Source: a virus. From it: a DNA stretch of 64,000 nt. A program made the translations under genes and the position numbers. Location of the stretch: the IMG/VR virus record IMGVR_UViG_3300042399_002267. The stretch is one strand, 5' to 3'. Below are positions 17,575 through 25,652 of this stretch, one piece after another; position 1 is the stretch's first letter, and every line of letters begins with the position of its first letter. The notes under the pieces are model-generated. The model did not search any database, had not been told where the DNA came from, and worked only from the letters and a program-made list of their open reading frames with translations.

Positions 17575-19346
17575 TTTTGTATTAAAGACTTAGCATGATT
17601 ATGAACTTTGGTGCTCATATTGTCAACAACTTCTTTGCCAGATTCAACAAGAGAAGAAAGAAGCTCAATATTCTCCGAATGATAATCAGATTCAATACTT
17701 ATTCTCAAATCTTCAAGTTCCTTAATGTCATCTGATTTTAAAACTTTTGTATCTAAAAGTTCAAGCAACTGAATCTTCAATGATGTAAGCCAATCTCTAA
17801 GCAATGATAATTGCTTAAATCTTTCATCAGAAATTTTATTTTCTTCAGCATCTTGTAACATTCTGGTCATATCTTCATTAGATAACGAACCTGATAATAC
17901 CATAACTTTTTCATTTTTAGATTGTTCATCAACAGCTTTGACTGTTACTATTCCATCAGCATCCACTTCAAAAACAACATCTATTTTAGGAATAGATCTT
18001 CTCATTGAGGGGATATTTTCAAGCTTAAACTCTCCAAGATAATGATTGTGTTTCGTCTGAGGTCTCTCTCCTTGAAAAACCTTTACATCTACAGATGTTT
18101 GATTATCTTCAGCAGTGGTGAATATTTCCTCAAACTTAGTAGGCACTTGAGAATTTCTTTTAATCATAACATTCATAACTCCACCTTGAGTTTCAATTCC
18201 TAATGAAAGTGGGGTTACATCTAAAAGAAAAATATTTTTATCTGATTTTCCAGATAGAACAGATGCTTGAATAGCAGCACCCAAGGAAACAGCCTCATCT
18301 GGATTGATTGATTTATTTGGTTTCTTGCCAGTCCATTCTTGAACTTTTTTAAAAACATATGGAATTCTAGTTGATCCACCAACAAACACAACTTCATTAA
18401 TTTCGCTAAATGAAAGATCTGCATCTAAGATTGCTTGCATAATACAATCTTTTGTTTTATTCAAAGGTATTTCAAGACTATTTTCAAATTCTTCTTTGGT
18501 TATTACTACAGATAGATTGACGGGCTGTCTGTTTCTAAATGCAAAATTGGAAATATTTACAGTGATTTTTTCTAACTGAGACAAGGTTTTTTTTGCTTTT
18601 TCTGCTGCAGTCAATAATCTTGCTAATTGACTTTCATCTAACATTTCTAATGAATGCTGGTTATAATTGTAATCATATTGAGAATTAAACTTATTCAGGA
18701 TTAATTTAGCTAATGATTTGTCAAAATCTGCTCCACCTAAATTAGTGTTTCCAGAAGTTGAAAGAACATGAAAATCGCAACCATCAGAAAGATTGAGAAT
18801 AGTAACATCAAATGTACCACCACCGAGATCGTACACCAGTATCTTAGACTCATTTTTCTTATCCAGACCGTACGCCAATGCTGCAGCAGTTGGTTCATTG
18901 ATAATCCTTAAAACTTTCAATCCAGCCAATTCACCTGCTGTTTTGGTAGCAACCCTTTGGTCGTTATTAAAATATGCTGGAACAGTAATAACAGCTTCAG
19001 TGATGTTATCACCTAAATAATCTTCAGCATCTCTTTTTAATTTCTTTAAAATTTCAGAAGATATCTCGATTGGAGACATTAAAATAGATTCATCAAAAAC
19101 ATATGTTTTATCAAAACCTTTTGACATTTGTCTCTTTACTAATCTAACTATATTTTTTGCATTGGTAGTTTCATATTCAACTGCTAACGAGCCAACTAAA
19201 TTGTTTCCTGACTCATCAATAGCAAAAACCGAAGGAGTAATTCTGTCACCCTCGCAATTAGGAATGACTTCTGCTACGCCTTCGGCATTTACATGTGAAA
19301 TAACACTGAAAGTACTTCCTAGATCTATGCCTACACTTAAACCCAT
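17571..19346 (-). CDS. dnaK: Hsp70/DnaK chaperone
   Basis: GIDLGSTFS, AVITVPAYFN, RIINEPTAAALAYG, VYDLGGGTFDV, VGGSTRIP, linker LLDVTPLSLGIET and EDNQTSV..VFQGER. 591 aa with a short C-terminus. Confidence 0.95.
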   Translation of the reverse strand: MGLSVGIDLGSTFSVISHVNAEGVAEVIPNCEGDRITPSVFAIDESGNNLVGSLAVEYETTNAKNIVRLVKRQMSKGFDKTYVFDESILMSPIEISSEILKKLKRDAEDYLGDNITEAVITVPAYFNNDQRVATKTAGELAGLKVLRIINEPTAAALAYGLDKKNESKILVYDLGGGTFDVTILNLSDGCDFHVLSTSGNTNLGGADFDKSLAKLILNKFNSQYDYNYNQHSLEMLDESQLARLLTAAEKAKKTLSQLEKITVNISNFAFRNRQPVNLSVVITKEEFENSLEIPLNKTKDCIMQAILDADLSFSEINEVVFVGGSTRIPYVFKKVQEWTGKKPNKSINPDEAVSLGAAIQASVLSGKSDKNIFLLDVTPLSLGIETQGGVMNVMIKRNSQVPTKFEEIFTTAEDNQTSVDVKVFQGERPQTKHNHYLGEFKLENIPSMRRSIPKIDVVFEVDADGIVTVKAVDEQSKNEKVMVLSGSLSNEDMTRMLQDAEENKISDERFKQLSLLRDWLTSLKIQLLELLDTKVLKSDDIKELEDLRISIESDYHSENIELLSSLVESGKEVVDNMSTKVHNHAKSLIQK

Positions 19347-19368
19347 AATCTAGGATTATACAGTTTAA

Positions 19369-19725
19369 CTATTTTTCTGAGTCATCCTCATTAAAAACTG
19401 ATCCATTTGGCTTTAGACCTTCGTAAAGATTTTTCAATGAATCTTTAGAATCAAGTTTTTTTCTAAAAGAAATCATTTCAGTTTTAGTGATAGGAGTATT
19501 TGTAGATGCACTATTATCCTTCGGTAATGAATTTTTGTAATCATTGACCATAGAGTATGTTTGTCTAACTGCAAAAGTATCTTTACACTTAGGGCATCTC
19601 ATGATTGAATACACTTCCAATTCATTGTTTGGAAGCCACCCTAAATGAGAGTCACGGGTGAAGTGAGTTTTGCAGTTTCGATTAAGACAGTGTTTGGGCT
19701 TTCCCACTATAGTCTGATGGAACAT
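19369..19725 (-). CDS. Putative Zn-finger protein
   Basis: CLNRNC and CPKC pairs, with a GGAGGT RBS. Confidence 0.6.
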   Translation of the reverse strand: MFHQTIVGKPKHCLNRNCKTHFTRDSHLGWLPNNELEVYSIMRCPKCKDTFAVRQTYSMVNDYKNSLPKDNSASTNTPITKTEMISFRKKLDSKDSLKNLYEGLKPNGSVFNEDDSEK

Positions 19726-19833
19726 GAGACACCTCCGAAAAAGAAATGATATGTTATTATATTACACATCTTGAACAATAATTCTTGATACAAATGAAGT
19801 AAAAATCAGAAATATTGCAGTATAATAGATATA

Positions 19834-19870
19834 ACACCACTGATGGTATTAGTCAGTGGTGTATTTTTAT
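19834..19870 (+). promoter_or_regulatory. Leader hairpin plus T-rich tract downstream of TATAAT (attenuator-like)
   Basis: TATAAT at 19821-19826, then ACACCACTGA-9 nt-TCAGTGGTGT (perfect 10-bp stem), then ATTTTTAT. Confidence 0.55.
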
Positions 19871-19884
19871 GCCAGGAGGATATT

Positions 19885-19956
19885 ATGAGATTACTAAAAG
19901 ATATCGAAGATTTGTTCACTCATGTTCTTTTTACTTTAATTAAGAACGAATATTAG
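19885..19956 (+). CDS. Unannotated 23-aa small protein MRLLKDIEDLFTHVLFTLIKNEY
   Basis: Strong AGGAGG RBS just upstream of the ATG, an upstream -10 and a downstream hairpin. Below the ORF-track size cutoff. Confidence 0.5.
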   Translation: MRLLKDIEDLFTHVLFTLIKNEY

Positions 19957-19963
19957 AATAAAT

Positions 19964-19990
19964 ATAAACTGCAACGGCGCAGTTTATTTT
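19964..19990. terminator. Likely bidirectional terminator between the small ORF and the helicase
   Basis: ATAAACTGC-aacggc-GCAGTTTAT is a 9-bp stem with A/T-rich flanks overlapping the helicase stop. Confidence 0.65.
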
Positions 19991-21696
19991 AATTCGTGAA
20001 ACTCCCATGCTCTTTCATTTTTGTATACTTTTTTACGCATATTACTGTGTGTTTTGAGATTTTTGTGTTCTAGCATGAAATCAACTATAATAGCGTCAGA
20101 TTTGCCATTTTTTACCGAATCTTCAATATCTTTTCCAACACATCTTAATACTCTTCCAACTTGCTGATATGTGGTAACTGAAGACTGATTTGTTCCAGCA
20201 AGAATTAATGATGATATCCTTGGAGCATCTACTCCAACATTTGCCCATTGTGTAGCAATCAATATAATTTCATTATTTTCAACAGCATTTAGCATTCTTC
20301 TTCGATAATTTTTTTCTTCAGCTGTAGGGTCTACATCTCCCTTATCACCACCAGGCACAAAAACAGCATCTTCAATCATTCCCTCAAGAATATCCCCATG
20401 CTCTCTTCTTTCAACAAGAATAAGAGTTGGTCTACCATCAGATTTAAATCCTTCAGCAAATTGTTTAATTCTAAAATTTCTTTCCCAATTATGAACTATA
20501 TTTTTAGAATAAACTTCAGGATAAGAAGTTGCTGTATGAGATTCAAATATTTTGCACATAAAAATCTTTGGTGGTACTAAATAGCCTCTTTCAATCAAAT
20601 CACTAGCACTTACTTCAATTATTTTTTGACCCAAAGTACCTTCAATTCTAATTTCTTGATTATCTGTGCGCCATGGAGTTGCTGATAAGCCCAATTTATA
20701 ATATGCATTGATTGCATTTTTTCCAAGTTCTTCAGTCACTTCTGCAGCCAAATGAGCTTCGTCAATGATAAATGCTGAACAAGTCTCTATAAGTTTCCTT
20801 ACTTGCGATTTTTGATCGATTATTTCTTGTCTTCTTTGTAATGCTGTAAGGGTTTTCTTGTATGCTGCAAGTTCAACTTTGATTAAACTATTAATTGATC
20901 TTTCAGATGAGTTTTCAGGCAGTTTTTTCTTCGCTTGATTGAGAGCTGATTTGTAAATTATTTCTGCTTCTTCAAATTCTTTTTGCAATTGTTGAGTAGA
21001 TTTACTTTGACCATCTCCATTGTCATCATTGACAATTTTTTTACTGCTTTCTAAATATTTTTTATTAAATGCTATCAATGCAGTTTGGTAGGTGATAACA
21101 TTTACTCCATCAAAATTTATATCGCATTTTCCACCACCAGCAATACCTACTTTGACAGAACTATTTTCCAGTCTTAGATATTTTTCAAACTCTCTTTGGG
21201 TTTGATTTAATAATTCAATTGCTGGAACAATAAATACAACTGGTTTTACTTGAATATTTGCAAATATTTGACAAGATGTCATTGTCTTGCCTGCACCAGT
21301 GCACAAAGACAGCATACCTCGCTGGTATTTTTTTGCTAATACAGCAGATTGAGATTGATAGTCTCGGAGAGATTTGCCCTGAAAATCACATTCAACTGGG
21401 AAATTTTGTTCAGGCTTCTTTCTCATATCAACAAATTTATATTTGACAGCCAGTTCATCAAATAAGCCTTTGACACGCAAAGAAAGTCCCGTTGGGAAAC
21501 ATTGAAATCTTTTGTTATATAATGAGATTTTTCCATCCCAAGCGCCTTGCTTAAACTTTTGAGACCACTCAGCAGATGGAACAATATAGGATAACTCTTG
21601 CCTTAAAGCTTCATTGTAATTGTATGGTAACTTGTTTTGTGCATCTTCAGTATTTAGCACAATACATTTATCGTTATATACTTCAATCAACAGCAT
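19984..21696 (-). CDS. Superfamily 2 DNA helicase (UvsW/XPB-like)
   Basis: Motif I LCTGAGKT, II IIDEAH, III LSATPWR and VI QQVGRVLR, with a charged helical insertion before motif II. Confidence 0.9.
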   Translation of the reverse strand: MLLIEVYNDKCIVLNTEDAQNKLPYNYNEALRQELSYIVPSAEWSQKFKQGAWDGKISLYNKRFQCFPTGLSLRVKGLFDELAVKYKFVDMRKKPEQNFPVECDFQGKSLRDYQSQSAVLAKKYQRGMLSLCTGAGKTMTSCQIFANIQVKPVVFIVPAIELLNQTQREFEKYLRLENSSVKVGIAGGGKCDINFDGVNVITYQTALIAFNKKYLESSKKIVNDDNGDGQSKSTQQLQKEFEEAEIIYKSALNQAKKKLPENSSERSINSLIKVELAAYKKTLTALQRRQEIIDQKSQVRKLIETCSAFIIDEAHLAAEVTEELGKNAINAYYKLGLSATPWRTDNQEIRIEGTLGQKIIEVSASDLIERGYLVPPKIFMCKIFESHTATSYPEVYSKNIVHNWERNFRIKQFAEGFKSDGRPTLILVERREHGDILEGMIEDAVFVPGGDKGDVDPTAEEKNYRRRMLNAVENNEIILIATQWANVGVDAPRISSLILAGTNQSSVTTYQQVGRVLRCVGKDIEDSVKNGKSDAIIVDFMLEHKNLKTHSNMRKKVYKNERAWEFHELK

Positions 21697-21701
21697 AAGT
21701 T

Positions 21702-21730
21702 ATTATATATTCTTAAAAAGAAAAAGGCAA
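21702..21730 (-). promoter_or_regulatory. Sigma70-type, probably leaderless, promoter of the helicase
   Basis: Minus strand reads TTGCCT-17 nt-TATAAT-5 nt-ATG, with no RBS. Confidence 0.65.
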
Positions 21731-21746
21731 GATTTTATCTTGCCTT
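21715..21746 (-). terminator. Intrinsic terminator ending the protease-dnaJ-holin operon
   Basis: Minus strand reads AAGGCAAGAT-AAA-ATCTTGCCTT followed by TTTCTTTTT. Confidence 0.8.
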
Positions 21747-21787
21747 GAAATGAAAAAGTTCAAATTTGATGTTTAGTTTAATTAAAA

Positions 21788-22222
21788 TTATCTAACATTC
21801 ATTGCATTGAATTTATTTACACCAAGAGAAATTTCTGATTGTTTTTTACCAATGAAGATATCAAGAGTTGATGATACTAGTTGAGTTATATGCTGAACAT
21901 CATCATCTGTGAGAAGAACACCTTTGTTTACAGCTGCCAATCTTACATATCTAACAAACTGATCAACCCCATCTTCTCTTGAAAACTCACCATCTTGAAT
22001 TTTTTTCAAACCTTCAATCCAAATATCAACTAGGGCATCAGCTTTTGAACCTAATTTGCTACTCAACATCATCTTAATTATTTGCAATGTATTTAATACT
22101 ACTGCGCTACTTGAACGCAGTTTTGCAAGATAAAACAATGCAACACTAACAATACTAAAAGTTATTAAATAAAATAATATAGTATCTGCAGAGTTGGAAA
22201 AAATATGATTTAAAATTTGCAT
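21788..22222 (-). CDS. Membrane protein, possibly LL-H-type holin
   Basis: Single N-terminal TM segment (ILFYLITFSIVSVALFYL), followed by a soluble helical part with KGVLLTDDDVQHITQLVSSTL resembling LL-H holin C-termini. Confidence 0.4.
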   Translation of the reverse strand: MQILNHIFSNSADTILFYLITFSIVSVALFYLAKLRSSSAVVLNTLQIIKMMLSSKLGSKADALVDIWIEGLKKIQDGEFSREDGVDQFVRYVRLAAVNKGVLLTDDDVQHITQLVSSTLDIFIGKKQSEISLGVNKFNAMNVR

Positions 22223-22223
22223 A

Positions 22224-22448
22224 TTAGCAATCCTTTGCTATAGTTTCATCATCATCATCTGAATCATTGATATCTAAGGTGATATCTCTTGTAGTATCTA
22301 CATCAATAGCATCTTTAATTTTTGCTTCAGCCCAAACTAGATTTGCATCTTCTGGCTGTTGATCTACAGATGCTGTTACATTAACTTCATCCCCATCTGC
22401 ATCTGTAAACTTTTCAATTTTGCCTGTCGCTCTCTTAATCATACTCAT
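22224..22448 (-). CDS. Small acidic hypothetical protein
   Basis: 74 aa, Asp-rich, tightly packed between dnaJ and the membrane protein gene. Confidence 0.65.
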   Translation of the reverse strand: MSMIKRATGKIEKFTDADGDEVNVTASVDQQPEDANLVWAEAKIKDAIDVDTTRDITLDINDSDDDDETIAKDC

Positions 22449-23431
22449 AATAAGTTTTTCTCCTCTCTTGATTTTACATATTCTTTCAATGTGTTCAATT
22501 CCAACTCACTTATATTTTCAGGGATTTTATACAAGAATTGCAAGTATAAATCAGCATTGCTAGTTTCATTTACAGGCAATCCCTTTCCTGAAACTTTGTG
22601 TTTTTGACCATGAGCTATATTTGATTTTAATTTAAATTTTATATTACTTCCATCGATGTGATTAAATGTAAAATTAAATCCAACTATTGCTGCTACTGGA
22701 TCAATATTTTTTATGTATGTTAAATCACCATTATTATCTATTTTATAGTTATCAACGTCTTTTAAACCTATGTTTAATAATAAATGACCTGGTGGCTGAT
22801 TAGGATCTATTTGACTACCACGCTCATTGAGAACAATTGTTTTAAGGACTTGTCCCTTTTTAATTAAAACTTCAAACATTTCTTGCTTGTCAATATTTCC
22901 ATTGCAATTACATTTTTCACAATTTTGTTTAAATGTTTTTCCTCTTCCTAAACAATTACCACATGGTCCAAAATTATGCTCAAAGAAAAAAGGTCCCTGT
23001 TGAATTGTTTGTTTATTTTGCCCTGATCCCATACAGATCATACAAACTTCTACTCCTAATCCACCATGCCCATTACATTTATCACAGTAAACTTTTCTTG
23101 TATACGCTATATTTTTAATACAATCATTGAAAGCTTCTTTTAATGATAAACCTACATCAAGATACATTGGCACATTTGAATTTTGTTGCCTGAAATTAAA
23201 ACCCCTAAACATTTCAAAGGGGTCAAATGGTTGCTGATATTGTGGCTGTGGTTCAGGCTTAGGATTTAAAATATCTTCATATGCCTGACTTAATTCTTTG
23301 AACTTTTCTTCGGCTCCAGATTCTTTATTTACATCTGGATGATATTTTTTTGCTAATTTTCTATAAGCTGATTTGCAGTCATCTAAAGAAGAGTTATATG
23401 GAACACCTAAAACGTCATAAGGATTTGGCAT
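22445..23431 (-). CDS. dnaJ: Type I DnaJ (Hsp40) co-chaperone
   Basis: J-domain with HPD, a short Q/F linker, four CxxCxGxG-like repeats and a C-terminal substrate-binding domain (GKGLP...DLY). Confidence 0.93.
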   Translation of the reverse strand: MPNPYDVLGVPYNSSLDDCKSAYRKLAKKYHPDVNKESGAEEKFKELSQAYEDILNPKPEPQPQYQQPFDPFEMFRGFNFRQQNSNVPMYLDVGLSLKEAFNDCIKNIAYTRKVYCDKCNGHGGLGVEVCMICMGSGQNKQTIQQGPFFFEHNFGPCGNCLGRGKTFKQNCEKCNCNGNIDKQEMFEVLIKKGQVLKTIVLNERGSQIDPNQPPGHLLLNIGLKDVDNYKIDNNGDLTYIKNIDPVAAIVGFNFTFNHIDGSNIKFKLKSNIAHGQKHKVSGKGLPVNETSNADLYLQFLYKIPENISELELNTLKEYVKSREEKNLL

Positions 23432-23443
23432 GTAGAATTTATA

Positions 23444-24118
23444 CTAAATTTTAGTAAGTAATTCTCTTATTTTATTTGAAGGGCAGGCAGAGTTTTCTCC
23501 AATACCTACATCTGAGTGTTGACCAGTAACTCCCATGATCAGTCCATATACTTTTCCATCAGTGCCAATAACCATACCACCAGAAGAACCTTCCAAAATA
23601 TCTGCATCAATAAATATAATATCTCTCCATGCAGGAGTGGGAGCTGATTCACCTAAAGTTTGATGAATATTTGTAACTCTTCCAACAGTGGCTGTATCAT
23701 GAAATCCTTCAGGTGATCCAATTACTGCAACAATGTCTCCAACTTCAATTGTATCAGAATCTCCTAGCTCGACTTGAGGAACTAAACTTGCAACTTGCGG
23801 AGCTGATAAAATTCCAGCATCAAAATTTGGTTCAGAAATAATTGTTTGAGCTTTGAAATAATTTTTATTATCAAATGTAATATCTACATCTAATTGAATA
23901 TCTGGTGGAACAACATGCGCTGCTGTGACAATAATTCCATCGCCAATATGAAATCCACTACCTGACCAATGTTTATCACCATGATGAACATATATTGAGC
24001 AAGAAGACTGAAGACCCATTTGTATTATTTTTTTTACTGGATCTTCATATTTATCTTGATTTTGAGATTGTGCAAATTTTAATTGCCAATCTAAATAGTT
24101 TGTATCTAACTTGAACAT
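23444..24118 (-). CDS. Trypsin-like serine protease (S1/HtrA-like, no PDZ)
   Basis: SGSGF, TAAHVV, DAGIL and GSSGG give a complete His-Asp-Ser triad. LGDSD..EVGDIVAVIGSP.GF..TATVG is an HtrA-like pattern. Confidence 0.9.
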   Translation of the reverse strand: MFKLDTNYLDWQLKFAQSQNQDKYEDPVKKIIQMGLQSSCSIYVHHGDKHWSGSGFHIGDGIIVTAAHVVPPDIQLDVDITFDNKNYFKAQTIISEPNFDAGILSAPQVASLVPQVELGDSDTIEVGDIVAVIGSPEGFHDTATVGRVTNIHQTLGESAPTPAWRDIIFIDADILEGSSGGMVIGTDGKVYGLIMGVTGQHSDVGIGENSACPSNKIRELLTKI

Positions 24119-24119
24119 A

Positions 24120-24581
24120 TTAATTTATTACTTTGTAAAGTATATCTTCCTTGTTTACGGAACCAAATCTTCTACTGTCGTCAGAATTAGACCAGTTGTC
24201 ACCTAAAACATAAAAACAATTAATTGGAACTTTGACAATAAAACATTGATTTCTGCTATATTCAGGGTCTACCATGTATCTGACTAAGTTTGGTCCATAA
24301 AGTAAATCTATTTCAGCTTTTTCAACATTTAGAACATTATAATATTGCTGACCACCTACCATAATGATTCTTTTGATTATGATTTCTTCATTATCATTTT
24401 TTAATACAATAACATCTCCAATTTTATAATCATTGGATTTTATTGCAATCAAAATATTCCCACTATGGTAAGTTGGTTCCATGGATTTTCCAACTACTAC
24501 TACAAGCTTGTATGGTTGTAAATGCATTAATAATGCAATTATCAAACCAATAAATCCGATAACATATGACTTTTTACTCAT
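24120..24581 (-). CDS. lepB: Signal peptidase I (S26)
   Basis: N-terminal TM anchor, GKSMEPT (catalytic Ser), IIKRI (catalytic Lys) and YVLGDNWSNSDDSRRFG. Confidence 0.9.
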   Translation of the reverse strand: MSKKSYVIGFIGLIIALLMHLQPYKLVVVVGKSMEPTYHSGNILIAIKSNDYKIGDVIVLKNDNEEIIIKRIIMVGGQQYYNVLNVEKAEIDLLYGPNLVRYMVDPEYSRNQCFIVKVPINCFYVLGDNWSNSDDSRRFGSVNKEDILYKVIN

Positions 24582-24651
24582 AGCACTTCCTCCTATTTTA
24601 GAAAAGAAGAGCTAAAGTTCATTTTTTTATTTGCTTTTGCTCTAAATGATA

Positions 24652-25596
24652 TTAAACTGTTCTCCAGTCAATGTTGCAGAACTTCGGAACTCCAAAACCC
24701 CAATTCGCTACATCACCATTAATAATTTTACCAGTACTTACATACTCTGCATGATCACAAACTATATCAATAGCTTTTAACATATCAATATAATTATTGA
24801 TTTTAGGAGCTGAAGGGTCTGATTTAGCAAATGATTTTAACAATGCACAGATGCCTGTCATGAATGGTGCTGCCTGACTAGTTCCTGACATTTTTGCATA
24901 TTGATTGTTAGTAAATGTTGAGAATATATCAACACCTGGTGCAACACTATCAACTGTATTATCTCTTGAAGAAAAACCAGCCATATTTCCATTAGCATCC
25001 AAAGCTGCAACTGCTATAACTTCATCATATCTTGCTGGATAATTAACTATTTTTCCATCATTTCCAGCAGCAGCAATAATGATGATACCTTTATTTGTAG
25101 CTTCGATAATAACATCATGTAAAGATTGTGGCGGAGCTCCTGGAGCTCCTAATGACATGTTGATAATGTCTACATTGCCCATTCTAATACATTCTCTTAT
25201 TGCTTCTTCTACCGCTGTGTAACTTCCACCACCATCATCATCAAGAACTTTCATAGGAATTATCTTGCAATCAGGAGCAATTCCTACACATCCATCACTA
25301 TTGTCTCTTGCAGCAATAATTCCAGCTACGTGAGTTCCATGACCAGATTTTTTATCTTCATGGGAATCATTTCTACTGAAATTCTTTGCGTCAAACCATT
25401 GTCCTTGCAAATCTACATGGTCTGAAATACCAGTATCAAGAACCGCAACAACTACGTCTTTACCTTTTGTAATCTTCCAAGCTTCTTCAATTAAGCATGC
25501 ATCTATACCCCAATTTTTAGTTTGAGATAATGATAAAAAATCTTGGATATCATAAAATTTTTCATCGTCAGGAATGAATTGTATTCTGTCGCTCAT
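24652..25596 (-). CDS. Subtilisin-like S8 serine protease
   Basis: VAVLDTG, HGTHVAG, AAAGN and SGTSQAAP. No signal peptide and only a very short N-terminal extension. Confidence 0.92.
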   Translation of the reverse strand: MSDRIQFIPDDEKFYDIQDFLSLSQTKNWGIDACLIEEAWKITKGKDVVVAVLDTGISDHVDLQGQWFDAKNFSRNDSHEDKKSGHGTHVAGIIAARDNSDGCVGIAPDCKIIPMKVLDDDGGGSYTAVEEAIRECIRMGNVDIINMSLGAPGAPPQSLHDVIIEATNKGIIIIAAAGNDGKIVNYPARYDEVIAVAALDANGNMAGFSSRDNTVDSVAPGVDIFSTFTNNQYAKMSGTSQAAPFMTGICALLKSFAKSDPSAPKINNYIDMLKAIDIVCDHAEYVSTGKIINGDVANWGFGVPKFCNIDWRTV

Positions 25597-25626
25597 TGTA
25601 TTTCTCCGAACAGTTATATTGATTTT

Positions 25627-25651
25627 TTCTATTTTTGATAAATAAGCGCCT
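25627..25651 (-). promoter_or_regulatory. Candidate late promoter AGG-N17-TAGAA
   Basis: Minus strand AGG-cgcttatttatcaaaaa-TAGAA, upstream of the GGAG RBS of the subtilisin gene. Confidence 0.55.
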
Positions 25652-25652
25652 G

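Noticed and set aside
24582-24651. Terminator or promoter between the subtilisin and signal peptidase genes
   Set aside because: Only a 5-bp AGAGC/GCTCT pairing with a long loop and an off-by-one, degenerate motif match are present, which is too weak to call.
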